Assembly: GCA_029864335.1 (NCBI GenBank)
Contig: JAOTTS010000002.1
Coordinates: 84,671 to 116,670 of the forward strand
Direction of reading: 5' to 3'
DNA length: 32,000 nt
DNA from: Nitrosopumilus sp.
GTDB taxonomy: Archaea > Thermoproteota > Nitrososphaeria > Nitrososphaerales > Nitrosopumilaceae
Made by a program: the position numbers and the translations under genes. Shown piece after piece: positions 9,419 to 17,964 of the stretch (positions are counted from its first letter, which is position 1; each line of letters opens with the position of its first letter). The notes under the pieces were generated by a model. The model was not told the DNA's origin and did not search any database. It worked only from the letters and a program-made list of their open reading frames with translations.

Positions 9419-10237
9419 TTAAATTGATGCTTTATTAAAATGATTTAAAGACAAAGGCAACGATTCATTCATAATTTTATCCTCAATAGATTTGATTTTA
9501 CCCATCCACAACCGCTTTCTATCTCCATTCAAATTAACTTCCTTGGTTTTTGGTTTTATTATGCCAACATCTGAAATTTTATTCTGAATAATTGCTTGTA
9601 TTAGTGACTGACTCTTTTTTTCAATGAATTTTATGAATAATCTCCCTCTTCGCTCTACTGTATCTAGATGCTCGATATCTTTTTTCTTTAATTTGCCTAG
9701 ACCGCGTTGCTTCCATGAACCATTAAATCTGTAAAATCCATTTTGGAGATAATACACATCATCTGCACTTTTCTCAAATGAAAACTCGCCTAGAGTGGTA
9801 GAATTTACGCCTAAATACTTAGTAGTGCACACAGAATCTGTAGCAAAGGCCACCACATCTTTTTCAATATCATGTTTACGCACAAAATTATACAGTTGAG
9901 CACGACAAAAGCCAGTGATAAAGGCAAAAATCACAGGATTAAACAAATTTCCAATTTCATGATTCACACTTTGTCCTGTCTTACCATATATGGAATTCAG
10001 AATTATCTTAATTGGTAACTGTAAAGGATCTTTTCGTTCCTTTAGTTCCATTCTTTTCTGATATAGATTCTGAATAAATTCACGGTATGGATAAATATCA
10101 GAATTTGTAATGAACTGGTATCCTTCAAGAATCCTGTAGAAGGTTGTTCTTTCGCAGGCTTGAAGTTCTTGCAATATGACGTATGTTTCAAATTCTTCTG
10201 ATGAATTCGGAGACCAAGTGTAACAATGTGAATACAT
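9419..10237 (-). pseudogene. 5'-truncated protein-primed family-B DNA polymerase (palm/thumb part only)
   Basis: KIILNSIYGKTGQ is motif B (KxxxNSxYG). VVAFATDSV is motif C (DTDS with the first Asp replaced by Ala). LGEFSFEKSADDVYYLQNGFY resembles the phi29-type KxY region. The ORF begins around where motif A should be, with stops immediately upstream. The exonuclease domain and motif A are absent. Confidence 0.8.
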
Positions 10238-10278
10238 AACTAATAAAGCCTAATTTTATTTATGGATGATTGTAAAAA

Positions 10279-10818
10279 TTGCATGGACCAGAATTTCTTT
10301 CAAATCCAACGATACCAATTATTTTAATTCTTGGAGCAGGAATTTTTCTCTATCTCAGTGTTAAAAATGGCAATACAGTACGAAGTGTCAGAAAAATTAA
10401 TGGTGCGGAGATATTAGATACAAGCTATGAATGGATCTATTTTACTGGGTTTATAGGACTCATAGCAATCGGGATTCATCTACTTGCAGAATATAATTTG
10501 CATTGGTACGATGTAACTCCAATAGATCGTTTCACTCATGCAATTTCAGGTATGGCAATAACTGCAATTGTTTTGAATTTTAATTTAACAAGTCAGAGAA
10601 AATTCTATTATACTATTGCAATTGCAGCTTCATGGATAGCATTCATAGGGTGGGAACTCTTTGAATCAGTTTTTGTTTATTTGAACCCAGATGGATTTAT
10701 AGAAATTAGCAATTGGGATACTGCAGTAGATCTATGGATTGATTTTCTTGGAGGATTATCAATTTGCTTTTTATGTGATGAACTAACGGAATGGCCTGAA
10801 GAAACTAGACAGAAGTAA
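10279..10818 (+). CDS. polytopic membrane protein, unknown function
   Basis: There are four to five hydrophobic helices (IPIILILGAGIFLYL, IYFTGFIGLIAIGIHLL, AISGMAITAIVLNF, YYTIAIAASWIAFIGW, LWIDFLGGLSICFL). The start is TTG in the track. Confidence 0.6.
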   Translation: MHGPEFLSNPTIPIILILGAGIFLYLSVKNGNTVRSVRKINGAEILDTSYEWIYFTGFIGLIAIGIHLLAEYNLHWYDVTPIDRFTHAISGMAITAIVLNFNLTSQRKFYYTIAIAASWIAFIGWELFESVFVYLNPDGFIEISNWDTAVDLWIDFLGGLSICFLCDELTEWPEETRQK

Positions 10819-11088
10819 AAATACTATGGTTCCTCCTTTTTGGAGAAAAATTTTGGTTTTATTTAGCACAATAAAGATCAAATACCATATTCACGCATTA
10901 AATTACATGAGAAGATTCTGGATTGTTATTCCATGATTTTACATTAACTTTTGATATCAATTATTTTTTAATATTTTAGAAAAATAAAATAGGATTATGG
11001 ATTCATCTGTATTTTTAATAACACAATACATAACTTGATATCATGAGCTAACAAGCTACAAGAAATAAGACCATGGGTCATAATAACT

Positions 11089-11352
11089 GTGTTTAAAGAA
11101 AACACAAATCCAAATGATCTGCAAAGAATATCTCCACAGATTCAAAATTTAGTAGATGAGTGGCAAACTCAAGGAAAGATGATTTGGTCTGGTGTATTCA
11201 GTGATAATGCCACAAGCATGACAGTCTTTGAGGGAACAGAACAAGAAGCAAATGAATTTTACAACAAATACGACAGAATCTGCTCTGGAATATTGCAATA
11301 TTCAATGTATCAATGGGATGCAATGCCAATCCTCTCAGTCTTATCTAAGTAA
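11089..11352 (+). CDS. hypothetical protein (87 aa)
   Basis: The ORF has a GTG start and protein-like composition. It is the first gene of a same-strand string of mini-ORFs. Confidence 0.5.
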   Translation: MFKENTNPNDLQRISPQIQNLVDEWQTQGKMIWSGVFSDNATSMTVFEGTEQEANEFYNKYDRICSGILQYSMYQWDAMPILSVLSK

Positions 11353-11378
11353 TCTGTAGGAGTTTTCTTTTTTTGAAT

Positions 11379-11501
11379 ATGCTAAAAAACGAATTGTGTA
11401 GAATTTGTGGTTGTGAAATACGTGAATACAAAAAATGCTCAGAATACCATCTGATTATCTCTACCGTATGCAAGTGCTGTGAGAACATACAAGAAATTTA
11501 A
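11379..11501 (+). CDS. Cys-rich Zn-ribbon mini-protein (40 aa)
   Basis: Hand translation gives MLKNELCRICGCEIREYKKCSEYHLIISTVCKCCENIQEI. Confidence 0.4.
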   Translation: MLKNELCRICGCEIREYKKCSEYHLIISTVCKCCENIQEI

Positions 11502-11610
11502 ATACATCACTATGAAGTAAAATGAATAATTTCCAAACATAAAACAAGATGTTAGATTAGTAACATGAAATTATGACGCTGTTTTAATTTCTGTATGGTT
11601 AAAACAAATC

Positions 11611-11736
11611 ATGCCTCTTGGAGTATCTGTCAGATATTGTAGTGATTGTGGCAAAGTCTTTTCTTATTATGTTATAAAAAATTCAAAATTGTGCTCAAAT
11701 TGTAGAAATCTGCCTGTATCACGCCATACAAAATGA
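11611..11736 (+). CDS. Zn-ribbon mini-protein (41 aa)
   Basis: Hand translation gives MPLGVSVRYCSDCGKVFSYYVIKNSKLCSNCRNLPVSRHTK. Its stop overlaps the next ATG (ATGA). Confidence 0.45.
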   Translation: MPLGVSVRYCSDCGKVFSYYVIKNSKLCSNCRNLPVSRHTK

Positions 11737-11905
11737 CTTGCCGAGGAATTTGTGAACGGTACAGGTCAGAGAAGAACGGGTATTCGGATAATGCTAAAAG
11801 ATGTACCTCTTGTAACGTATACCTGTTGTATGGAGGGATAAATGTTCATGCTGTAACTCTCATCTAAGATTCAAACGTAAAGCCAAGTTTCACAATTCAA
11901 ACTAG
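11733..11905 (+). pseudogene. four-Cys Zn-ribbon gene split by a frameshift
   Basis: Frame 0 reads MTCRGICERYRSEKNGYSDNAKRCTSCNVYLLYGGINVHAVTLI*. The second knuckle, KCSCCNSHLRFKRKAKFHNSN*, continues in another frame from about nt 11839, and that frame has no start codon of its own. Confidence 0.5.
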
Positions 11906-12084
11906 ATGGTAAAAATTGCTAGTGGTTTTTTCCAGTTTGGCTTCAGAATAGGCTTGAACTTGTACCAGAACGCATCCAAGATAAATGTAAGAGATCGTTT
12001 CTTGCAAAATCTGCCAAAAAATCTTCAAGAATTATTAACTATGATCAAATCTTCCATCTGCATCAAAATTGCATGGATTCCATC

Positions 12085-12225
12085 TTAAAAGCAATTGAAA
12101 TGAAATCGTTCAATTGGTTTGTAGTAACATTTAGAACAAATGTTCTGAACTGTATCTTTACATTGTGCACAAATAGTATATTCTGTAAGCATGTTACCAC
12201 ATTTTCTGCAGCTCTCATCAGGCAT
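12085..12225 (-). CDS. Zn-ribbon mini-protein (46 aa), translationally coupled to the upstream Roadblock-like gene
   Basis: Hand translation gives MPDESCRKCGNMLTEYTICAQCKDTVQNICSKCYYKPIERFHFNCF. Its ATG overlaps the stop of 12225..12662 (TAATG). Confidence 0.5.
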   Translation of the reverse strand: MPDESCRKCGNMLTEYTICAQCKDTVQNICSKCYYKPIERFHFNCF

Positions 12226-12662
12226 TATATCACCTTTGTACTAACATAACTCAAACAAAAACTTGAAATCAAAGAAAATAATTTATCCGATACTTGTTTA
12301 ATATCTATATCTGCTTTTGATATAACCAACAATATTTCATCATCTAAGGGATAGACAAATTCTACAAGTGATTTTCTCAGCGTTACTGTATTTCTAAAGA
12401 AACTTAATTTGTTATCAAATTCCTTTATCATTGTTGTTTGCAATGTACGTTGCATCGATATCATTTCTAATTCCTGAACAGAAATATGATTCAAATTTTC
12501 ATTGTTGTTAAATTTACTATCTATAATTCTACCATTTTTATTTACTATTGCTACCAGATTGATATCCTTATTTATCAAACAAATAATCTTGCATAATTCT
12601 GATCTTTCTGATGCCCGTTTAAGAGAATTGGTTATCATATTTATATCTCCATATTGAAGCAT
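12225..12662 (-). CDS. small Roadblock/LC7-like protein, paralog 2
   Basis: It has INLVAIVNKNGRIIDS and later FRNTVTLRKSLVEFVYPLDDEILLVISKAD, the same layout as the other three paralogs. Confidence 0.65.
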   Translation of the reverse strand: MLQYGDINMITNSLKRASERSELCKIICLINKDINLVAIVNKNGRIIDSKFNNNENLNHISVQELEMISMQRTLQTTMIKEFDNKLSFFRNTVTLRKSLVEFVYPLDDEILLVISKADIDIKQVSDKLFSLISSFCLSYVSTKVI

Positions 12663-12838
12663 TTATGTATCCTGTTAACATTATTAACAAAGTTAACTCT
12701 TGATATTTCACCACATCAAACAATATTCATTGGACCTCATTATGATTACAAACATTTCTTGAGGAATTGGCTCGTTGTGATTGTACAATGCGACTCATCA
12801 TCCAATAGTATCCAATCGCCATGTCTTGAGAAAGGAAA

Positions 12839-13018
12839 TTAATCCTCATGGATTAATACCTCGTCATCTGAGAATATCCAGGATAGACCTCTTATATCTT
12901 CCCAAGAAAATTTGGAAGATTCTGCTTGCATAGAAGATTTCGTCGTTTCTTCTACAGGATTGCTTTCAATCTGAGTTTTCAAGTATGGATGTTCACTCTC
13001 AATAATATTTTGATTCAT
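12839..13018 (-). CDS. acidic hypothetical mini-protein (59 aa)
   Basis: Hand translation gives MNQNIIESEHPYLKTQIESNPVEETTKSSMQAESSKFSWEDIRGLSWIFSDDEVLIHED. It is one codon below the track threshold. Confidence 0.3.
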   Translation of the reverse strand: MNQNIIESEHPYLKTQIESNPVEETTKSSMQAESSKFSWEDIRGLSWIFSDDEVLIHED

Positions 13019-13805
13019 GCTTCTGATTAGGCATGTTTTTTATATCAACACATCATTCCTATTGCGGCATGCCTGATTTTTCATTTATTATATATAGAGG
13101 GATTATCATGTACGCTGATTTGTTAACACAAAAAAATTCTAATATGTAGAATAGTATTGTTTGAAATAGATTTTTAATTATTATTCTTTTTCTAAAAACT
13201 TTTAATTTTACACCTTGAACCTTAAGGCCAAAAACGGCAGTACTTTGGCGACAGATTCAACACTTACCAGTCTTACAAAATAGTATTTACATGACACTGA
13301 TGATTGATTCGTGATAGTTTTAAATAAATTTTGTAAAACAAAACAATGAATGGTTCTAACTTTGAGCACTCACATTTCTCGACGTTAAAGTGTGGTTGTA
13401 CAATTAATACAATTTCAGGAGAATTATTTCAAGAATGTATCCCTCACCAACAAGCAAATTTTACAAAGTAGCGATTTAATTTTAACTGTAATTCTTCTTT
13501 TTGTTTTTTCCATACATTTTCATTTTAAAACTAAAATTCTGCAAAATTATATTGCTATTTGCACTGATTGGTTTAGTTAATCATTTCACCATGTCTAAAA
13601 TTTCACAAAGGATTGAGTTTGTCTATCGGACATACCGTGATCATCTTATGAAACCATACATACATAAGAACCCCTGGATGATGCCCTAGAAGTATATATC
13701 TGCCTCTAACTCACTTTCAACCTTCTGTGAATTTATACACAGAATCATGTCATGAACTTAGATGTTAAATATAATTGAACTTTTTCTGTACTCTACTTTT
13801 TCATA

Positions 13806-15062
13806 TCATAAACAGATTTTTCTTATACCATAAATTACAACAGATGGTGCAACAAAGTACATCCCAATATTCAATATAATCACACCAATTCCATATCCTA
13901 AGACCTCTTCATCAGAGTCCATATCAACATAATTTAGAACAGATAGGGAAGTGATCAATGGAGTCAATATTATTTTGACAGTTTCCTTGAAAATTGGATT
14001 TTCACGCTCATAGTCTGCTATAACTGGGCTAAATAAGTAGTAAAAACTATTGAATGATTGCATAAATGCGGATCCTGGTTCTGTTTTCAACAAGTGTTCA
14101 TCTCTTAGCTCCCTAAGTTGTTGTACTTGGGGAGCAAGCTCAGAGGCAAATGTTGCAGTGGCAATAAGGCAACCACCTCCCTCTGACGAATCTTGAATTG
14201 GTTCTTTTTGTTCCTCGTCTATTTTAATTTCCTCTTGAATTGGTTCTTTTTGTTCCTCGTCTATTTTAATTTCCTCTTGAATTGGTTCTTTTTGTTGTGT
14301 AGATTCAGACGCCTTTATCTGATGTTCAAGTTTTCCAATTAATCCCTTTACTTGACGAATTTTTTCAGAATCATACCCTAAACTCAGTAGTCTTTCTTCA
14401 AACTCATCTTCTGAAATTATTCCTTCCTTAAACTGGTTAATAATAATATCATCAGGATCTTGGAGTTTTTGTTCTTGGAAATATGTTTCCTCATGTACTG
14501 TAAAAATCAAGGTTTTTTTTATATCGTAAACTTTTGAGTGCTGTATGCCCCACCCGAATTTTATTTTATATTCACCAGGGGGTTGGTTTTTATCAATGCA
14601 TACGTTGCCATATCTTTGAATTGTTTTTTCATTAATTTTAAGATCACAAACAGACTCCATCCCGCCATCAATTACGATTGGTTTGGGATTTGTTTTTCCA
14701 AATAATGTAAAAGTTATTGTCTTAGATTCAAGCTTGTCTCCATTTACTTCCTCAAATGAATATAATACAACACAGTTTTCACCTGCACAGTTATGTGGCA
14801 CATTACTTCCAAATGCAGACAAAAATGGTAAATAAACAAAAAATTCTATTCTTGGATCAATATTTTTTGGTACAGATGGTATGTCTGTAACCTCAATTTC
14901 AATATGGGTTCCAGGCTGACCGGATGTAGGACTTATTGTTATTGTAGGCATGCCAAGTCCTATTGCAGTCGAATCAAAATCTGATTGACCATAGGTATCT
15001 GAAAAGTTTGAAAACGAAGATAAAAAAACCAATAAAAAGATAATAAAGAAATTTTTTAACAA
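13806..15062 (-). CDS. secreted protein with a C-terminal GGGCLIATATF...APQVQQLR membrane-anchored domain (CFI-box-like)
   Basis: There is an N-terminal signal peptide (FFIIFLLVFLSSFSNFS), an ectodomain of about 250 aa and an acidic repeat linker. The conserved C-terminal domain GGGCLIATATFASELAPQVQQLRELRDEHLL...FYYLFSPVIADYERENP carries two hydrophobic helices. Confidence 0.8.
   Translation of the reverse strand: MLKNFFIIFLLVFLSSFSNFSDTYGQSDFDSTAIGLGMPTITISPTSGQPGTHIEIEVTDIPSVPKNIDPRIEFFVYLPFLSAFGSNVPHNCAGENCVVLYSFEEVNGDKLESKTITFTLFGKTNPKPIVIDGGMESVCDLKINEKTIQRYGNVCIDKNQPPGEYKIKFGWGIQHSKVYDIKKTLIFTVHEETYFQEQKLQDPDDIIINQFKEGIISEDEFEERLLSLGYDSEKIRQVKGLIGKLEHQIKASESTQQKEPIQEEIKIDEEQKEPIQEEIKIDEEQKEPIQDSSEGGGCLIATATFASELAPQVQQLRELRDEHLLKTEPGSAFMQSFNSFYYLFSPVIADYERENPIFKETVKIILTPLITSLSVLNYVDMDSDEEVLGYGIGVIILNIGMYFVAPSVVIYGIRKICL
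14191..14296. repeat. perfect 42-bp in-frame tandem repeat, 2.5 copies
   Basis: The unit tcttgaattggttctttttgttcctcgtctattttaatttcc occurs at 14191-14232 and 14233-14274, with a 22-nt partial third copy. It encodes (EPIQEEIKIDEEQK)n in the 418-aa protein. Confidence 0.9.
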
Positions 15063-15288
15063 GTTATTGACTTCTTGAGTTTTGTTTATATTTAACTCTC
15101 ATTAAAGTTTTCGTTTCCTACAGCACAAATCGTAGCACACCGTTCTGAAGTAAAAATATTTTTGAATTTTATTTATTGCTGGATATATAAGAGAACATGA
15201 TAGAAATACTCTGGACAAAAATCTTATGTCCGTAATGAATAGTCATAATCATAATTTTAAAATAAAAAAATTGAGGGTTTTTATTTTA

Positions 15289-15579
15289 TTAATATTTCAA
15301 TTTCAAACTTTTCATCAAATTTTGAAATCTCTCAAGTTCTTCAAAAAATGATCTGCCCTTTTCTGTCAAAATAAAAAGTCTATTTTTTTCATCTGTAGTC
15401 TTTTTCATTAATTCTGCCTCGATTAATTTGTTACATTTATCTACAGCAGCATAATGTGACAGATTGGCCTTCCGCGATATCGCGGATATAATTATACCAT
15501 TTTGTCCCTCCTCACGTGTGACGGTGAGAATATCACTTAAGATGCCCATTTCAGACCTATATGTGCACTTTAAACTCAT
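15289..15579 (-). CDS. winged-helix DNA-binding protein (putative transcription regulator)
   Basis: This 96-aa ORF has ILSDILTVT...IIISAISRKANLSHYAAVDKCNKLIEAELM...RLFILTEKG, a typical wHTH layout. It is divergent from the histidine kinase gene. Confidence 0.65.
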   Translation of the reverse strand: MSLKCTYRSEMGILSDILTVTREEGQNGIIISAISRKANLSHYAAVDKCNKLIEAELMKKTTDEKNRLFILTEKGRSFFEELERFQNLMKSLKLKY

Positions 15580-15671
15580 TATGATTGATTTTCATCTTTT
15601 GTTATAATACAATTCTTTTAACTTTGCGGGGTGCTTTTCACTTAAATTATGACTTTATTTCAAACTAATAG

Positions 15672-17549
15672 TTGAGATTTAGACTTGTTCATATCTTAAT
15701 TATTGGAATGCTTATCATATCCATTACTTATGCTGTTCAAAGTTTTATTACATTTCAGGCAAATACTGAACAACTCACAGAATCTGTTGCACTAAAAAAT
15801 GAATCAATTGCCACAAACATCATACAGGTTTTTAATTTTAATTTAGATGAAAGAATTAGTGATTTTAAATCATTAGAAAAAAATAACGATATTAGACAAA
15901 TTCTAAAATTCTCAAATGAGGAATTTTCAATGATTCCTAACATTGATAAATTTATGGAAGAAAAAGCATTTTCGAATGAAAATTTTAATCGTCATCTTCC
16001 ATTTCTTACTCAAGTAGTAGAAAAAAAATACCAAAATGATCTAATTGACATCATTAACCGTTACGAACAAAGTTATGAATTTAATTCTCTTGATGAATTT
16101 TTAGTAACTAATGCATATGGCGCAAACATAGTAACCATTTCAGGAAAAGTGGGCTATATCCAACTAGATCAAGAGTGGTGGCAAATAACCAAATCTAAGG
16201 GACTTTATGTCGGCGATATAGAATATTTTGAAAAGTATTCAGACTACTTTATACCAATTGGAATTAGAATTTCTGATGAGAATCAAAAGTTTATTGGAGC
16301 GGTGCATGTTTTAATTAAATTAAAGGATTTGATATCAGAATTTGCAAATACCTCCGACATACTTAAAGAACAAAATAAGGAAATATCTTTACTTGATAAA
16401 AATGGTAGAATCATCTATTCAGATGGATTTGTATTTGATCAGGATCTTAAAATTTCCTATCTTAAAGAATTGAATCAACTGTCAGGCAATTTAGTTGGAT
16501 TAGACAATTATGAAAATTCTGTAATTGCTTTTGCAAAATCGGAAAATTTGGATACTAGTGGATTAAATTGGATAGCTATAATTGAACAAAACAAATCCGA
16601 TATTATTGCTGACATTAGTGATTCTAGAAACTCTATAATATTTCCATCTATAATTGGAATCTCAATAACGATAATAATTGGAATCATCATCACCCTCTTT
16701 GTTTCAAGTCCTCTCGGAAAATTAGCTCATCTTTCTTCAGAAATAGCAAGAGGTAATTTCGATGTCCGTGCAGAAAATACTCAAATTCATGAAATTGGCT
16801 CCATATCAGATTCATTTAACGATATGGTACAATCACTAAAGAAACTAATCCAAACAGAAAAAGAACTTGTCGAAGTTAAGATTAAGATGCGAAACGAACG
16901 TCTTACTGCACTAGGTGAATTTTCCGCAAGTATGGCACACGATATGAGAAATCCTCTTGCAATTATCAAAACTTCTCTTGATGCTCTGAAAATAAAATTC
17001 AAGGGACAGGATGAAAAGATTGACAGATTACTTTCTAACATGGATATAGGCATATCTAGAATGTCTCATCAGATAAAAGATGTATTGGATTATGTGAGAA
17101 TAACTCCAGTAAACATTACTGATGTTAATCTAAATAAAATCATCAAATATGCCATAGAATCACTCGAGATTCCAAAAAATATATCTATAAAATTACCCGA
17201 TAATGACATTATTATAAAATGCGATGTAAAAAAAATGGAAATTGTTTTGATTAATTTAATTCTTAATGCCATTCAGGCAATTGGAAAAAATGTAGGAAAT
17301 ATTACAGTTAATTCCAAAGAGATGTACAATCATTATGAGATTGAAATTCAAAATACGGGAGAGTCAATATCTGATTCTCTTTTAGAGAAAATTTTCGAGC
17401 CTTTACTTACAACCAAATACCAAGGAACTGGGTTGGGTTTGTCTACATGCAAAAACATAATTGAACAACATGGAGGGAAAATTTCAGCCAGGAACAACCC
17501 AACAACATTTAGAATAATATTTCCTAAGGAAGTTAAAAGAGACTTTTAG
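15672..17549 (+). CDS. sensor histidine kinase (TM, ~300-aa extracytoplasmic sensor, TM, HAMP-like, HisKA, HATPase_c)
   Basis: It has the H-box SASMAHDMRNPL, the N-box LINLILNAIQA and the G-boxes IQNTGESI and GTGLGLS. The two TM segments are ILIIGMLIISITYAV and FPSIIGISITIIIGIIITLFV. The start is TTG. Confidence 0.9.
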   Translation: MRFRLVHILIIGMLIISITYAVQSFITFQANTEQLTESVALKNESIATNIIQVFNFNLDERISDFKSLEKNNDIRQILKFSNEEFSMIPNIDKFMEEKAFSNENFNRHLPFLTQVVEKKYQNDLIDIINRYEQSYEFNSLDEFLVTNAYGANIVTISGKVGYIQLDQEWWQITKSKGLYVGDIEYFEKYSDYFIPIGIRISDENQKFIGAVHVLIKLKDLISEFANTSDILKEQNKEISLLDKNGRIIYSDGFVFDQDLKISYLKELNQLSGNLVGLDNYENSVIAFAKSENLDTSGLNWIAIIEQNKSDIIADISDSRNSIIFPSIIGISITIIIGIIITLFVSSPLGKLAHLSSEIARGNFDVRAENTQIHEIGSISDSFNDMVQSLKKLIQTEKELVEVKIKMRNERLTALGEFSASMAHDMRNPLAIIKTSLDALKIKFKGQDEKIDRLLSNMDIGISRMSHQIKDVLDYVRITPVNITDVNLNKIIKYAIESLEIPKNISIKLPDNDIIIKCDVKKMEIVLINLILNAIQAIGKNVGNITVNSKEMYNHYEIEIQNTGESISDSLLEKIFEPLLTTKYQGTGLGLSTCKNIIEQHGGKISARNNPTTFRIIFPKEVKRDF

Positions 17550-17592
17550 AAGATCCAATAAATACATAAACCTCTTAATATATTAAGAAAAC

Positions 17593-17964
17593 TTGCCTTC
17601 TACTGGACTAATTCTAATTGTTGATGATGATTTACCTTTACTGGAAAATACTGCCTACATGATTGAAACATTAGGATATGAAGTGATAACTGCAAAGGAT
17701 GGGATTGAAGCCGTTGAAGTATACAAAGCTGCACATCCAGCCCTTACACTAATGGACATAAAGATGCCTAAACTAGATGGCTATGGTGCATTTTTCAAAA
17801 TCAAAGAATTTGATTCTAATGCAAAAATTGTTTTAATTACTGCATATACATTAGATGAGAAAAAACATCTAAAGGCACAAAGCATGTCGCTTTTAGACAC
17901 TATTGAAAAACCATACGACATAGAGCGTCTTGAGAAAATTATATGTAAATTTGTGGATTTATAA
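17593..17964 (+). CDS. single-domain response regulator (CheY-like receiver)
   Basis: It has LIVDDD, the phospho-acceptor context LTLMDIKMPKLDG, and VLITAY. There is no output domain. Confidence 0.85.
   Translation: MPSTGLILIVDDDLPLLENTAYMIETLGYEVITAKDGIEAVEVYKAAHPALTLMDIKMPKLDGYGAFFKIKEFDSNAKIVLITAYTLDEKKHLKAQSMSLLDTIEKPYDIERLEKIICKFVDL

Noticed and set aside
11906-12088. 60-aa plus ORF
   Set aside because: Its sequence is not protein-like (F/Q/I/L/K-rich). The neighbouring minus-strand Zn-ribbon ORF (12085..12225) and the frameshifted plus gene that ends at 11905 explain the region better.
12654-12842. 62-aa plus ORF
   Set aside because: Its composition is poor and it overlaps the start of the Roadblock-like gene. 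There is no motif and nothing supports coding.
14191-14296. CRISPR-like array
   Set aside because: The repeats are directly abutting with no spacers, lie in frame inside a CDS and encode a peptide repeat. No CRISPR array or cas gene was seen anywhere in the window.
15755-17272. Minus-strand ORFs inside the histidine kinase gene (15755..15943, 16508..16693, 16787..17053, 17090..17272)
   Set aside because: They are shadow ORFs opposite a gene with all kinase boxes intact.
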